A stretch of 64,000 bases of DNA, from positions 22,129-86,128 of the forward strand of contig JAGXRP010000006.1 of NCBI GenBank assembly GCA_018335795.1, written 5' to 3'. Position 1 is the first letter of the stretch. Every line of letters starts with the position of its first letter. This stretch comes from Desulfobulbaceae bacterium (lineage in GTDB: Bacteria; Bacteroidota; Ignavibacteria; Kapaibacteriales; UBA2268). The translations under genes and the position numbers were made by a program. Of this stretch, positions 11,718-22,854 are shown piece by piece. Under the pieces are notes generated by a model. That model searched no databases. It was not told where the DNA came from and was given only the letters and a program-made list of their open reading frames with translations.

Positions 11718-13184
11718 TTATTTCATACCGGGAGCCGGTCCAGTAAAGCCAGTGTTAACAGTTTGAATGAGTTTGTCGTCGGAGTAAACTCCGATTTGTA
11801 TGTTATTTCGAGTTCCGGTCACAAATTTTCGGGGTAATTCTAAAATGAAAGTAGCGTCTGTCAGCCCTTCAGCAGGGACATGGAGATGGTCTTTCCCGAT
11901 AATTTGAATCGTTCCGGGAATATCCATCAATTTCAATGAAAAATCCATAGGTTCGAAAGTCTTGTTGATAATAGTCGCAGTGTAAACGTTGGCTACTCCT
12001 GTTTCGGTATTTTGATACATCGTACCTTTAACTTTCAATATTGTAGCTTCGATATCGCTTCTGTTGAACATCAAATATGCGACTAAGCCAGATAGCAACA
12101 GCAACACAACACTGTAAGCCATAATTCTTGGAGTAAATTTAAACTTGGTGCTTTCGGTAATTTGCAATTCAGAAGCATAGCGAATCAGATTCTTTGGTTT
12201 ATTGACCTTCAACATCACTTCGTCACAAGCATCAATACAAGCAGTACAATTGATACATTCAAGTTGGGTGCCGTTTCGGATGTCAATCCCTGTTGGGCAA
12301 ACTCTGACACAAGCGCCGCAATCTACGCAATCACCTGCATCTTCCGGCATATTCTTCTTGAATTTCATTCGCGGCTCACCACGTTTGAAATCATAAGCAA
12401 CAACAATCGAATTTTTGTCCAAAAGTACAGATTGAAGACGTCCGTAAGGGCAAATAAAAGTACAGGCTTGCTCTCGAAACCACGAAAATATGAAATAGAA
12501 AGCACCTGCAAATAATATCACAAATGCGAAAGAGGTGAAATGCTCCGCCGGTCCTTCGGTCATGTATTTTTGCAACTCATCTATACCAATTATGTAGGAA
12601 AGGAATAAATTACTAAGGATAAATGAAAGCAATATGAAGATTGTTTTCTTCAGCCCCCTTTTAAAAATCTTATTTGCATTCCATCCCGAGCGAGAAAGTG
12701 CCATTTGTTGCTTGTAATCGCCTTCTATCCAATATTCGATTTTACGGAAAACCATCTCCATAAAAATGGTTTGAGGGCAAGCCCAACCGCACCATATTCG
12801 CCCGTAAACTGCAGTAAAGAGGACTACAAACACAATGAGAGCCAGAAATGCAAGTGCGAAAATATAAAAATCTTGGGGCCAAAAAACGATACCAAAGATG
12901 ATAAATTTACGTTCAAAAATATCAAGAATCATGAATGGCCTGCCACCAACTTTTATGAAAGGTAGAACAAACATAAAAATCAATAAAAAGACAGCTACGA
13001 CGGAGCGCCATTTAGTATAATCGCCTTTCGGCTTTTTGGGATAAATCCAAATTCGGTTTCCTTTTTTATCAATGTTAGATACTCTATCCCTAAAGGAAAC
13101 TCCGGTTTCTGTTATTAGCTTATCAGAATCTTCGGGGTTTACAGCTTCACTACCAAACTGTTTCAACTCTTTAAAATCAGTCAT
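11718..13184 (-). CDS. ccoG: Cytochrome c oxidase accessory protein CcoG (FixG)
   Basis: GRIWCGWACPQT, REQACTFICPYGRLQ, CVDCGACVRVCP and CINCTACIDAC. Confidence 0.95.
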   Translation of the reverse strand: MTDFKELKQFGSEAVNPEDSDKLITETGVSFRDRVSNIDKKGNRIWIYPKKPKGDYTKWRSVVAVFLLIFMFVLPFIKVGGRPFMILDIFERKFIIFGIVFWPQDFYIFALAFLALIVFVVLFTAVYGRIWCGWACPQTIFMEMVFRKIEYWIEGDYKQQMALSRSGWNANKIFKRGLKKTIFILLSFILSNLFLSYIIGIDELQKYMTEGPAEHFTSFAFVILFAGAFYFIFSWFREQACTFICPYGRLQSVLLDKNSIVVAYDFKRGEPRMKFKKNMPEDAGDCVDCGACVRVCPTGIDIRNGTQLECINCTACIDACDEVMLKVNKPKNLIRYASELQITESTKFKFTPRIMAYSVVLLLLSGLVAYLMFNRSDIEATILKVKGTMYQNTETGVANVYTATIINKTFEPMDFSLKLMDIPGTIQIIGKDHLHVPAEGLTDATFILELPRKFVTGTRNNIQIGVYSDDKLIQTVNTGFTGPAPGMK

Positions 13185-13209
13185 TATTTAGCTTCTTTAT
13201 AAATTGCGG

Positions 13210-13782
13210 CTATTGCTCCCAAAGTTCGCCTTGTGGAGCTTTAGCATTTGCCGGTTGTGTACCTTTCAAAGTCAGAATATAACTTGCTACCAATTGCACT
13301 TCTTCAGGCGTCAGTAATGGTTTCCAAGAAATCATCCCTTTTTCGGGGACTCCGTTAATTATGACGTTCATCGTATTTTCAATTCCACCACCATGTATGT
13401 AATAATTGTCAGTAACATTTGGACCAATGCCACCTTCGCCATTAGCACCGTGACATGATACGCAATTTTTAATATATATTGCTTTGCCTTGCTCCAAAGC
13501 ATCATTATCGGTGATTGGGACATATGCAATAGCAGCCCATTTTTCGTTCATTTGCTGAATTAGACGCATAGCATCTGCGGAACCGGTATTGAATTCGGCT
13601 AAATACTCTTCATGTTGACTTGGTCCTATCTCGGCGATGTTATAGTAAAAAAAATAGCCTATACCCCAAATTACTGTCAGAATAAAAAGCCATACCCACC
13701 ATTTAGGTAGTGGATTATCGTACTCGAGAATACCGTCATAATTATGTTCTAATAATTTGTCTTCAGTTTGTGACATTTTCAT
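13210..13782 (-). CDS. ccoP: cbb3-type oxidase subunit III CcoP (single heme)
   Basis: HNYDGILEYDNPLPKWW, CVSCH, GVPEKGMISW. Confidence 0.93.
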   Translation of the reverse strand: MKMSQTEDKLLEHNYDGILEYDNPLPKWWVWLFILTVIWGIGYFFYYNIAEIGPSQHEEYLAEFNTGSADAMRLIQQMNEKWAAIAYVPITDNDALEQGKAIYIKNCVSCHGANGEGGIGPNVTDNYYIHGGGIENTMNVIINGVPEKGMISWKPLLTPEEVQLVASYILTLKGTQPANAKAPQGELWEQ

Positions 13783-13969
13783 CTCCTGATTTATTTTCGT
13801 TTAAAGTGTCATCAGAATCAAGTGGCAATAAGCCCATGTAATTTATAAATTTCTTATCTAACCTGTACGCCATTATAAAAACTGCTACAAAGAAAGTAAA
13901 AAAGAACAATAAAGTAAACGTAGGCAGAAGTTCTATACCTTGTATATTTTGGAAGATTTGTCTGAACAT
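13763..13969 (-). CDS. ccoQ: cbb3-type oxidase subunit CcoQ
   Basis: Single TM followed by MGLLPL; GGAGG RBS before ATG 13969 (MFRQ...); lies between ccoNO and ccoP. Confidence 0.85.
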   Translation of the reverse strand: MFRQIFQNIQGIELLPTFTLLFFFTFFVAVFIMAYRLDKKFINYMGLLPLDSDDTLNENKSGDENVTN

Positions 13970-13979
13970 CACGCCCTCC

Positions 13980-16151
13980 TTATGGTTTGCTGAAAATTGG
14001 TTTACTTTCGCCCTTGATATCAGTGCCCAATCTTTGCAAATAAGCAATGAGAGCAATGATTTCCTTATCGTATGTGGTTTCGATTCCCGAAATTTTCAAA
14101 TCTTCAACAATTTCCATAGCTTGAGTTTGAACATCAATATATGCTACATTATCATATCCGTGAGGATATGGGAAATTAAGTGTCATAAGTGCTCTAATTT
14201 TATTAGAAGTATGCGAAGTATCTAAGGAATTTTCAAGTAACCAAGGATAACGTGGCATAATCGAGCCCGGTGCAATAGATTGTGGGTCATACATGTGCTG
14301 ATAGTGCCAAGCATGAGGATATTTGCCGCCAATTCTGTGCAAATCAGGTCCCGTGCGTTTTGAACCCCATTGGAATGGAGTATCGTAAACAAATTCGCCG
14401 GCTTTTGAGTATTCGCCATAGCGTTCAGTCTCGTTTCTAAATGGACGAATCATTTGTGAGTGGCATAAATAGCACCCTTCGCGGATGTAGATATCGCGTC
14501 CGTGCAATTCAAGTGGAGTATATGGCTTAACGCTTGTAATTGTCGGTACGTTCGACTTGATTACTTGCATTGGTACAATTTCAAAGATACCACCTACTAA
14601 AATCACGATAAGCGATGCAATCAAAAACGGCATTGGTTTACCTTCTAACCATCTGTGGTTGACTTTTTCGTTATGTGAAGATACCATTGCAGGAGCCTTG
14701 AAAGTTTCCTCAGCCATGAATGTACCGCGTTTCATTGTCATAATCAAATTATACAACATGACAATTGCACCTGTCAAGAACAATGTGCCGCCTAAAGCTC
14801 TGATAGCATACATTGGAACTAAGTGAGTCACAGTTTCGAGGAAATTGCGATACATTAAAAACCCATCGGGAGAGAATTGTTTCCACATCAAACCTTGTGT
14901 GATACCTGCCCAATATAATGGTGCAGCATAAATCAAAATACCCAAGAATCCAATCCAAAAATGCAAGTTTGCCAGTTTTTTTGAATACAAATCGGTTTTC
15001 CACATTTTCGGTATTATCCAATACAAAATGGCAAAAGTGAGCATACCGTTCCAACCTAAAGCACCTACATGGACATGGGCTATTGTCCAATCTGTAAAGT
15101 GCGACAGTGCATTGAAACTTTTAATCGAAAGCATAGGACCTTCGAATACAGCCATACCATATGCCGTGATTGCAACAACCATAAATTTCAGTATAGGGTC
15201 TTCACGAACTTTGTCCCAAACTCCTCGGAGAGTAAGCAAACCATTAATCATTCCGCCCCATGACGGTGCAATAAGCATTATCGAGAATACAGTACCAAGC
15301 GATTGAACCCAATCCGGTGTAGATGAATACAGTAAATGGTGTGGTCCCGCCCAAATATATAAGAAAATTAATGACCAAAAATGAATAATCGAAAGTCTGT
15401 ATGAATATACCGGACGATTTGCGGCTTTGGGGAGAAAATAATACATAAGCCCCAAAAATGGTGTTGTCAAGAAAAATGCAACAGCATTATGACCATACCA
15501 CCACTGAACCAATGCATCTTGCACACCTGTATATATTGGATAGCTCGAAAGCAATGAATATGGAATTACTAAAGAATTAACTATATGCAATACTGCAACT
15601 GTCACCCATGATGCAATGTAGAACCAAATTGCTACATACATGTGACGTTCGCGTCTTTTGATTAAGGTCATCAACATATTGATACCAAAAATCACCCAAA
15701 CAACTGCAACAGCAACATCAATGGGCCAAATCAATTCAGCATATTCTTTGCCTTGAGTTAATCCCAATGGAAAGGTAACCGCAGCAGAGACAATAATCAA
15801 TTGCCAACCCCAGAAGTGCAATTTACTGAGTAAGATGCTCCACATCGGAGCTTTAGCAAGTCGTGGCAATGAGTAATAAACACCCATGAATATTGCGTTA
15901 CCAACAAATGCAAATATTACTGCATTTGTATGTAATGGGCGAAGTCTGCCAAAGGAAAGATATGATATTCCCACATCGAGAAAGGGAAAATATGCCGGCG
16001 CAAACATTTGAATTGCTATAATCAAGCCCACAAGAAAACCCACAATACCCCAAATAATCGTTGCCCAAGCAAAATTGCGGACTATTACATTATCATAGCT
16101 GAAGGTTTCGAGGTCTTTGGGGTTAACTGAAACGGTAGAATCATTACTCAT
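13980..16151 (-). CDS. ccoNO: Fused cbb3-type cytochrome c oxidase subunits I/II (CcoN-CcoO)
   Basis: FGRLRPLHTNAVIF, QWWYGHNAV, GPHHL, HVHVGALGW; C-terminal REGCYLCHSQMIRP and WGSKRTGPDL. Confidence 0.97.
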   Translation of the reverse strand: MSNDSTVSVNPKDLETFSYDNVIVRNFAWATIIWGIVGFLVGLIIAIQMFAPAYFPFLDVGISYLSFGRLRPLHTNAVIFAFVGNAIFMGVYYSLPRLAKAPMWSILLSKLHFWGWQLIIVSAAVTFPLGLTQGKEYAELIWPIDVAVAVVWVIFGINMLMTLIKRRERHMYVAIWFYIASWVTVAVLHIVNSLVIPYSLLSSYPIYTGVQDALVQWWYGHNAVAFFLTTPFLGLMYYFLPKAANRPVYSYRLSIIHFWSLIFLYIWAGPHHLLYSSTPDWVQSLGTVFSIMLIAPSWGGMINGLLTLRGVWDKVREDPILKFMVVAITAYGMAVFEGPMLSIKSFNALSHFTDWTIAHVHVGALGWNGMLTFAILYWIIPKMWKTDLYSKKLANLHFWIGFLGILIYAAPLYWAGITQGLMWKQFSPDGFLMYRNFLETVTHLVPMYAIRALGGTLFLTGAIVMLYNLIMTMKRGTFMAEETFKAPAMVSSHNEKVNHRWLEGKPMPFLIASLIVILVGGIFEIVPMQVIKSNVPTITSVKPYTPLELHGRDIYIREGCYLCHSQMIRPFRNETERYGEYSKAGEFVYDTPFQWGSKRTGPDLHRIGGKYPHAWHYQHMYDPQSIAPGSIMPRYPWLLENSLDTSHTSNKIRALMTLNFPYPHGYDNVAYIDVQTQAMEIVEDLKISGIETTYDKEIIALIAYLQRLGTDIKGESKPIFSKP

Positions 16152-16324
16152 TCACCTACTCCATCTTTTAATTTTACATTATTTATGTTTTCATCATTTA
16201 AAATGCGTAGCGAAGGTGTGTAAGTATCATCAAATTGTTCATTTTTGACTGCCCATAGAAATGAAACCAAAAAAACTATGGCTACAAATAGTGATGCGCT
16301 CATCAAAATAATTACAACTGACAT
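16148..16324 (-). CDS. ccoS: cbb3 oxidase maturation protein CcoS
   Basis: MSVVIIL...FLWAVKNEQFDDTYTPSLRIL; start at 16324 fits the family length. Confidence 0.9.
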   Translation of the reverse strand: MSVVIILMSASLFVAIVFLVSFLWAVKNEQFDDTYTPSLRILNDENINNVKLKDGVGE

Positions 16325-16481
16325 TACAAACCTATAAAAATTTAATATATTCAATAAGCCAAATGCAAATACAATAAATCACAATGCAAATTTTCAATTT
16401 TTAAATGTATCATTTTAAGATGAACTATGCAATTTTGTTTTATCAATTTGTAACCAAAATGTAAAAAAAATTTCGAAATAG

Positions 16482-18899
16482 CTATATCTTTCGAAATAAC
16501 CTATAATCCTTCAAGTATGCCGAACCTACAGTTAATGCTATAACACTTATCGAACTGACGGGCATCAAAATCGCTGCTATCAAGGGTGACAGAAGCCCTT
16601 GAACTGCAAAATAGAACCCGATACTATGATAAACAAAGGACAAAATATAACTCAACTTCACAATGGTGACACCATTTTTTGCGAGTTCAAATAATTTTGT
16701 AAGATTTGGAAGTTCCTCTGCCATCAAAATAGCGTCAGATCCAGGTGTAAAGTTGGAATGTTGCTCAGAAACTGCAATCCCAACATCGCTTTGATTTAAT
16801 GCACCGGCATCATTCAGTCCGTCTCCAATCATTATAACTTTTTTGCCCGATTGTTGGAGATTCGAGATGTATTCTAATTTTTCAGCCGGAAGCATGTTGA
16901 ATTGCATTTTGGCTTTGTTGGAGGTCAGTGTTTGCAGATAATTTCTCTCAGAATCATTATCTCCTGATAAAATATAAATTTCATGCTTTTTCTGCAGTTC
17001 ATCAAAAAGTGATTTTAAACCGTGCCTGTATGATGAATTGATAGCAAAAAACCCGGAGAAAACGCCATTAATGGCTACATATACACGTGACTCAGCATTG
17101 AACTCGCCCAAATTATCGTCAGAATCAGATGCGAATTTAACATTACTCTCAAGAAGCCAAGCTTTACTACCAAGCAAAATTGAATTGTTCCCTACATATG
17201 CCATCAAACCTTTGCCAGCAACTTCATCATAATCATCAACTATGACAGTTTCGCAATTAAGATGATTGAAAATCATATTACTCAATGGGTGTGTCGAGTT
17301 TTTTACAATAGATTTGATTGCAATTTGCTTATCAATATCGAGCGGAATACCATTGAAACTGATTTCTGATTTATTCAACTCCGTCAACGTGCCGGTTTTA
17401 TCAAATACTATTAAATCGGCGGAAGTAATGTATTCGACAATTTTATCCGTTTTCAAGAATAATTTTCGCTTCCCAAGTAATCGCATTGTTGTGCCGTATG
17501 AAAACGGAATAGAAAGTGCAATGGCACAAGGGCAGGCAATGATTAAAACTGCAGTAATAGCATTCATGGCGATTGTCATATCTTTGGGAATCCAAAAGAT
17601 TGCGGTTGCAGAAGCTATTAACAAAACGACTGCCGTAAAGTATTTTGCTGCCGTATTTGATAAGTTTGAGATGGTTGATTCTTTTTGCTTTCCGAATAGC
17701 TTGGAATTCCAAAGCTCTGTCAAATAGCTGCTTGAAAATTTTTTCAATACGCGAATATTTATAAGACTTCCTTTGTGTTTGCCACCGGCGAAAATTTTGT
17801 CATTTTTTACGACTGTAATTGGTGATGATTCGCCTGTAACGAAACTATAATCAATCAATGCTGATTCGCTTTCCAGAATTGAATCCGCAGGAATTAGTTC
17901 ATCATGCCTAATAGAAAGCAAATCACCCGGTACAATTTGGTTGACAGCAATAGATATGTCTTTTCCATTATCAGTTTTGATTACGGACAGTGGAAAATAG
18001 GATTTGAAATCGCGATTAAATGATAAATTATGGTAAGTTTTTTGTTGGAATAGCTTTCCCAATAAAAGGAAAAAAACTAAACCTGTGAGCGAATCAATGA
18101 AACCCGAATCTGCTGTGAATAAAATATCGTAAACACTTCGTAGAAATAGTACCAAAATCCCTAAGCTCAAGGGCACATCAATATTAACAGTCTTCATTTT
18201 CAATCCGTGCCATGCTCCCTTGAAATAATCGCTTGCGGCATACATAACGGGAAGACTAAGCAATATCGAGATGTAGCCCATATATGTACGAATATCGCTT
18301 TGGATATTTCCACCGGATAAATATTCAGGAATTGCCATCAACATGATATTACCAAAAGCAAAGCCCGCAATACCCAATTTGATATATAATGCCCTGTTGT
18401 GAGCAATCTTTTTCGGCTGTTCGATATTCGACAAATTTAGAGTCGGGCGATAACCTAATAGTGTGAGCAATTCCACAATCTTGCGAAGTGAAGTTTTTTG
18501 GTTATCAAATGTGATGCTGACTTCTTTTCGTAAGAAATTTACATTTGATTCAAGCACGCCATTTTCCAATAGGTGGATGTTTTCGATGAGGTACAAACAG
18601 GCACTACAATAGATTTGAGGCAAAAAGAAAATCACTTTTGAGCGATTTTTGATATTATATTTCAAAAGTTTTTCTTCGATTGATTTATCATCAAGGAAGG
18701 AAAATTCATCTTTGTCAAATTTGGATTTTGTATCTGAACCGGTTCGGGCTTCTTCGTAAATTTTTGTCAAATCATTGTCCGAAAGCAAAATGTGAACAGT
18801 TTTGCATCCATTACAGCAAAAAAATTTATCATCAAGTATAATGGTGTCATCAGGACAAAAATCTCCACAATGATAGCAAATCAATTCATCAGCTTTCAT
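16482..18899 (-). CDS. ccoI: Heavy-metal (Cu) P1B-type ATPase CcoI/FixI
   Basis: CYHCG..C and FCCNGC N-terminal domain, CSAC, TGES, CPC, DKTGT, GDGLND. Confidence 0.93.
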   Translation of the reverse strand: MKADELICYHCGDFCPDDTIILDDKFFCCNGCKTVHILLSDNDLTKIYEEARTGSDTKSKFDKDEFSFLDDKSIEEKLLKYNIKNRSKVIFFLPQIYCSACLYLIENIHLLENGVLESNVNFLRKEVSITFDNQKTSLRKIVELLTLLGYRPTLNLSNIEQPKKIAHNRALYIKLGIAGFAFGNIMLMAIPEYLSGGNIQSDIRTYMGYISILLSLPVMYAASDYFKGAWHGLKMKTVNIDVPLSLGILVLFLRSVYDILFTADSGFIDSLTGLVFFLLLGKLFQQKTYHNLSFNRDFKSYFPLSVIKTDNGKDISIAVNQIVPGDLLSIRHDELIPADSILESESALIDYSFVTGESSPITVVKNDKIFAGGKHKGSLINIRVLKKFSSSYLTELWNSKLFGKQKESTISNLSNTAAKYFTAVVLLIASATAIFWIPKDMTIAMNAITAVLIIACPCAIALSIPFSYGTTMRLLGKRKLFLKTDKIVEYITSADLIVFDKTGTLTELNKSEISFNGIPLDIDKQIAIKSIVKNSTHPLSNMIFNHLNCETVIVDDYDEVAGKGLMAYVGNNSILLGSKAWLLESNVKFASDSDDNLGEFNAESRVYVAINGVFSGFFAINSSYRHGLKSLFDELQKKHEIYILSGDNDSERNYLQTLTSNKAKMQFNMLPAEKLEYISNLQQSGKKVIMIGDGLNDAGALNQSDVGIAVSEQHSNFTPGSDAILMAEELPNLTKLFELAKNGVTIVKLSYILSFVYHSIGFYFAVQGLLSPLIAAILMPVSSISVIALTVGSAYLKDYRLFRKI

Positions 18900-20260
18900 T
18901 TAGTATCCGTAATGATGCTTTTGATTTTATCAATTGTTTCATCAATATTAGAATCATTCAATTTTTCGTAAATCAGTCTTATAATAGGCTCCGTGTTTGA
19001 CTTACGGATATGAATCCAAAAGCTATCAGTGTCAATTCTCAATCCATCCTCCAAATTGACCCTAACAGAAGAAATCTCTTCAATAATTCGAGATTTTAAA
19101 TTCTCAAAATTCCCTTCAAAATCAAACTTCAACTTTTTCATTTCATAAGCTGGGAAGTCGTTTGATAGCTCTGATAGGGAGCGATTCGATTGAGCCATTA
19201 AGCCCAAAATCAAGCAAATTCCAACAAGGGAATCACGTCCGTAATGACAATTGGGCAAAATCACACCACCGCTACCTTCCCCACCGATGAGAGCACCAAT
19301 TTCTTTCATTTTGCTAACGACTTTGATTTCACCCACGGGGCATCGTGCAACTTTCCCACCGAATTGGCTTGCAGCCCATTCGGAATATGATGATGTAGAA
19401 AGGTTGACAACAGCAATTTTCTTACTTTCATCGTTAGAAGCACTCATCAGAGATTGAATCGCCAATGCTATTGTCTTTTCTTCGCTTACACATGTTCCGC
19501 TTTCGTCCACAAGAACTAATCTATCGGCATCGGGGTCCACAGCAAAACCTACATCAGCACCGACTTCGGCTACTTTCGCAGAAAGTTCGGTCAAATATTG
19601 AGGGAGCGGTTCGGGAACGTGAGGAAATTCTCCGTTGCCTTCGCAATTGATAGCGATTACTTCGCAGCCAAGAGATTCGAGCAATTTCGGGATGATTACA
19701 CTGCCAGAAGCGTTTACTGCGTCAACGACCACTTTGAATTTGCGAGATTGGATAATTTCCAAGCGTTCAGCAATGTAGCCGCTATTTGTGACTGATTTGA
19801 TATGAAAATCAATTGGCTCAACTTCGGAGAATTTTACTTTAGCTGGATTATTAGAATCGCCTTCAAGAACTCCCGAATCAACTAAATCCCACACTTTTTG
19901 ATTTTCAGTTTCATTCAAAAACACACCGTTTGAATTCAAAAATTTTAAACCGTTCCATTGTTCGGGATTATGCGATGCCGTGATAACGATTCCTGCGTCA
20001 TAATCGAATTTCTCGACCATTAATTGGACTGTTGGAGTTGGTACAATGCCGAGAATGTTACATTCAACGTCGCGTGAAGAAAGGGTCGAAGAAAGAATTT
20101 TTTCAATCCATGCACCTGATGGTCTGCCGTCCCTGCCGACTGCGATTTTTTTGAAATTTGTAGCTTTAGCGAATGCCAAAACATATTTTGCTACCATATC
20201 GGGAGTCATATCATCTCCCAAAGTAGCCCTGATTCCGGAAATAGACCTTACAAAAGACAT
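18896..20260 (-). CDS. glmM: Phosphoglucosamine mutase (alpha-D-phosphohexomutase)
   Basis: SISGIR start, TASHNP, DPDADR, GGEGSGG, IRKSNTEP. Confidence 0.85.
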   Translation of the reverse strand: MSFVRSISGIRATLGDDMTPDMVAKYVLAFAKATNFKKIAVGRDGRPSGAWIEKILSSTLSSRDVECNILGIVPTPTVQLMVEKFDYDAGIVITASHNPEQWNGLKFLNSNGVFLNETENQKVWDLVDSGVLEGDSNNPAKVKFSEVEPIDFHIKSVTNSGYIAERLEIIQSRKFKVVVDAVNASGSVIIPKLLESLGCEVIAINCEGNGEFPHVPEPLPQYLTELSAKVAEVGADVGFAVDPDADRLVLVDESGTCVSEEKTIALAIQSLMSASNDESKKIAVVNLSTSSYSEWAASQFGGKVARCPVGEIKVVSKMKEIGALIGGEGSGGVILPNCHYGRDSLVGICLILGLMAQSNRSLSELSNDFPAYEMKKLKFDFEGNFENLKSRIIEEISSVRVNLEDGLRIDTDSFWIHIRKSNTEPIIRLIYEKLNDSNIDETIDKIKSIITDTK

Positions 20261-20392
20261 TTTATACTTTTTTAATTTTTCAAATTTTGACTGTCACAAA
20301 TATATTGATTTTGAGCGTGACTATGAAAAAGGTAAAATAATGAGTTGAATTAGTAGTTAATAATAATTATTAAAATCAACGACTCAAATTAG

Positions 20393-20836
20393 ATGAAAAA
20401 GATACTCGAATCAGGAATACCGACTACAATAGCAAGAATTATCGTGGGCTACATTTTTTTGACTTACGGAATCGGTAAGATTGCCAATCCTACACTATTT
20501 GTCTCCGAAATTGCGAATTATGACATTGTGCCGAACTTTTCATTAAACATTATAGCATTGATTTTGCCTTGGCTCGAAACAATTTGCGGGGTACTGCTTA
20601 TTACAGGTGTGAAAGTTAGGGCGAATTCTGTAATCACTGCATCAATGATGTTCGTATTTGTATTAGCAGTAGTTGCGGCTATGGCGCGGGGACTTGATAT
20701 CAATTGCGGATGCTCAAGTACAAATCCACAAAAAGTCGGATTACCGAAATTAATCGAGAATTTGGTGCTTTTGGGGCTTTCAATATTCAATATTTACTTT
20801 CCAAAAAGTTGGCTATCATTAGATAAGTTTGATTAA
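20393..20836 (+). CDS. MauE/DoxX family membrane protein
   Basis: LPWLE motif and RGLDINCGC motif; about four TM helices. Confidence 0.85.
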   Translation: MKKILESGIPTTIARIIVGYIFLTYGIGKIANPTLFVSEIANYDIVPNFSLNIIALILPWLETICGVLLITGVKVRANSVITASMMFVFVLAVVAAMARGLDINCGCSSTNPQKVGLPKLIENLVLLGLSIFNIYFPKSWLSLDKFD

Positions 20837-20848
20837 AAAGAGTGGTAA

Positions 20849-21562
20849 TTGATAAACACTACGTTTATAAGGGCTATCCGAGACAATCTCTTTGATTTTG
20901 TCGCTCCTGAGCATTGTGCCATTTGCAATAAACATATCAAACCAAATACTGCTCAGTTCAAAATGCTTTGTAATGCTTGTTTGAATTCAATTCCATATGC
21001 TCCGCCTCCCAATATTATTCGCAATCGTTTGTATGAGCATTTCAGCGAAGAAATGGTGTCAATTGATGGTGCTACTTCTCTTTTATCGCTGAAGGAAAAC
21101 ACACAGTATTTACAAGCGATTCATAAATTCAAATATGAAGGATTGTCTCAATTAGCTTATGAATACGGAAAGTTATTAGGTAGAAGAATGCAAATAGACG
21201 GAATGACTAAATATGAATATATCATTCCCGTGCCGATTCACAAAGTCAAGTATCGTGAGCGCGGTTATAACCAATCGTACTATATCGCTTTGGGATTAAA
21301 TGGATTTGTAAGCGGAGATATGTCTGATGATTTTGTAAGAAGAAATCAATATACTAAGACTCAGACCGCACTCAGTAAAGAGCAACGAAAGCACAACGTA
21401 AGGAATATCTATGAAATTAACAAAAAATTCGACCCTTATGGGAGTCGAATTCTTTTAGTGGACGATGTTTTGACGACAGGCTCTACAATTAACTCGCTTG
21501 CCGCAAGCCTAAAATCTGCAGGAGCCGAGAGTTGTGATTGTGCAACGGTCGCAATTGCTTAA
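20849..21562 (+). CDS. comF: ComF family phosphoribosyltransferase-like protein
   Basis: CAIC..CNAC zinc ribbon, [23 protein letters not shown]. Confidence 0.92.
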   Translation: MINTTFIRAIRDNLFDFVAPEHCAICNKHIKPNTAQFKMLCNACLNSIPYAPPPNIIRNRLYEHFSEEMVSIDGATSLLSLKENTQYLQAIHKFKYEGLSQLAYEYGKLLGRRMQIDGMTKYEYIIPVPIHKVKYRERGYNQSYYIALGLNGFVSGDMSDDFVRRNQYTKTQTALSKEQRKHNVRNIYEINKKFDPYGSRILLVDDVLTTGSTINSLAASLKSAGAESCDCATVAIA

Positions 21563-22854
21563 TAATCGCTGACGATTTCCCAATGCATCACTTTGCGAAG
21601 ATTTTGGAGAAATTCGGCATATAATTTCCGCTTTTTGCTTTCAATTGCATATTGCTCAATTTCGTTAAAATCGTCATTCAAATTAGCTTTGTGAACTACA
21701 TGGAATTTCTTTTTATATATAATATGGTACGACTCTTTTGTAGGGTCTGAAACATACAGCATAGGTTCGCTCAGAGCGCCGTCAGGTAGAGAAGTAACAA
21801 TTGAACGGAGTTTTTCGGGTATATCTTCATAAGGCAATTTGCCGAGAAAACCACCAAAGCCGCGAGTTTCCTTGTCGTCTGAATATAATTTAGCTAATTC
21901 CTCGAAATCTGAGCCCTCTTCGATTTTTTTCTTCAAATCATTCAAAAAATCAATCGCTTTTTGTTTGTCTTCGTTTGATTGGGCGAACTTAAGCAAAATA
22001 TGACGAGTTTTGACTGCTTCAGGACGTTTATCGAGTGTTTGGATAATGTGAAAACCAAATGGTGTCTCGATTGGTAACGAAATCTCGTTGACAGCTAATT
22101 TAAATGCTGCTTTTTCAAATTCGGGGAATAATTTACCACGTTCGAACCAGCCAAGCTCACCACCATCTTCAGCAGTACCGGGGTCTCCACTGTAACGCTT
22201 CGCAAAATCAGCAAAATCAGCACCATTCAAAAGCGAATCGCGTAATTTAACAGCAAAATCAAAAGATGCTTTCTTCGTGTCATCGTCGGATTTGACATTT
22301 TTGACTATATGGTATAATTCATAAGCAGCCGGCATTTCAGGAATTGAATCGCTATTTTGGTTATAAAAGTCTTGAACTTCTTTTTGAGTCACTTTTACTT
22401 CGCTAAACTTAACAGACAAGAGATTTTGCACTAACAAACTATGACGGATTTTCTCTTTGATTTCATTTTTGATTCGGGGAATAGACATGCCGTAAACTTG
22501 CTCTACGCGTTGCTCAGAGCCAAATCTCCTTACTTCAGTCTGGAGGTGCATTTCCATTCTTTGTGTGACTTCTTCATCGGAAATAACGATTGAATCCTGC
22601 TTGGCTTTATAAACCATTAAGAATTGGTCAATCAGACCGTCAAGAATTTGCTTTCTGAGAGTTTTATCATTGATGTCTAGGTTTTTGTCGTACTGCATTA
22701 GTGCACCAATTTGACCATCAATATCGGATTTCATTACGACATCTTCACCAACTATAGCGACAATACGGTCAAGACTTTCGCCAGCTTTTGGTTGGGTGTG
22801 AGCGATATTAATCATCACCGATATAAAAAATATGCTAAGGACTAATAATCTCAT
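21559..22854 (-). CDS. surA: SurA-like periplasmic chaperone/PPIase
   Basis: Signal peptide, LDRIVAIVG, two parvulin domains ([19 protein letters not shown]). Confidence 0.88.
   Translation of the reverse strand: MRLLVLSIFFISVMINIAHTQPKAGESLDRIVAIVGEDVVMKSDIDGQIGALMQYDKNLDINDKTLRKQILDGLIDQFLMVYKAKQDSIVISDEEVTQRMEMHLQTEVRRFGSEQRVEQVYGMSIPRIKNEIKEKIRHSLLVQNLLSVKFSEVKVTQKEVQDFYNQNSDSIPEMPAAYELYHIVKNVKSDDDTKKASFDFAVKLRDSLLNGADFADFAKRYSGDPGTAEDGGELGWFERGKLFPEFEKAAFKLAVNEISLPIETPFGFHIIQTLDKRPEAVKTRHILLKFAQSNEDKQKAIDFLNDLKKKIEEGSDFEELAKLYSDDKETRGFGGFLGKLPYEDIPEKLRSIVTSLPDGALSEPMLYVSDPTKESYHIIYKKKFHVVHKANLNDDFNEIEQYAIESKKRKLYAEFLQNLRKVMHWEIVSDY

Noticed and set aside
16433..16446. FNR box upstream of ccoS
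   Set aside because: TTTTG-TTTT-ATCAA matches only one half-site of TTGAT-N4-ATCAA, which is expected by chance in AT-rich DNA
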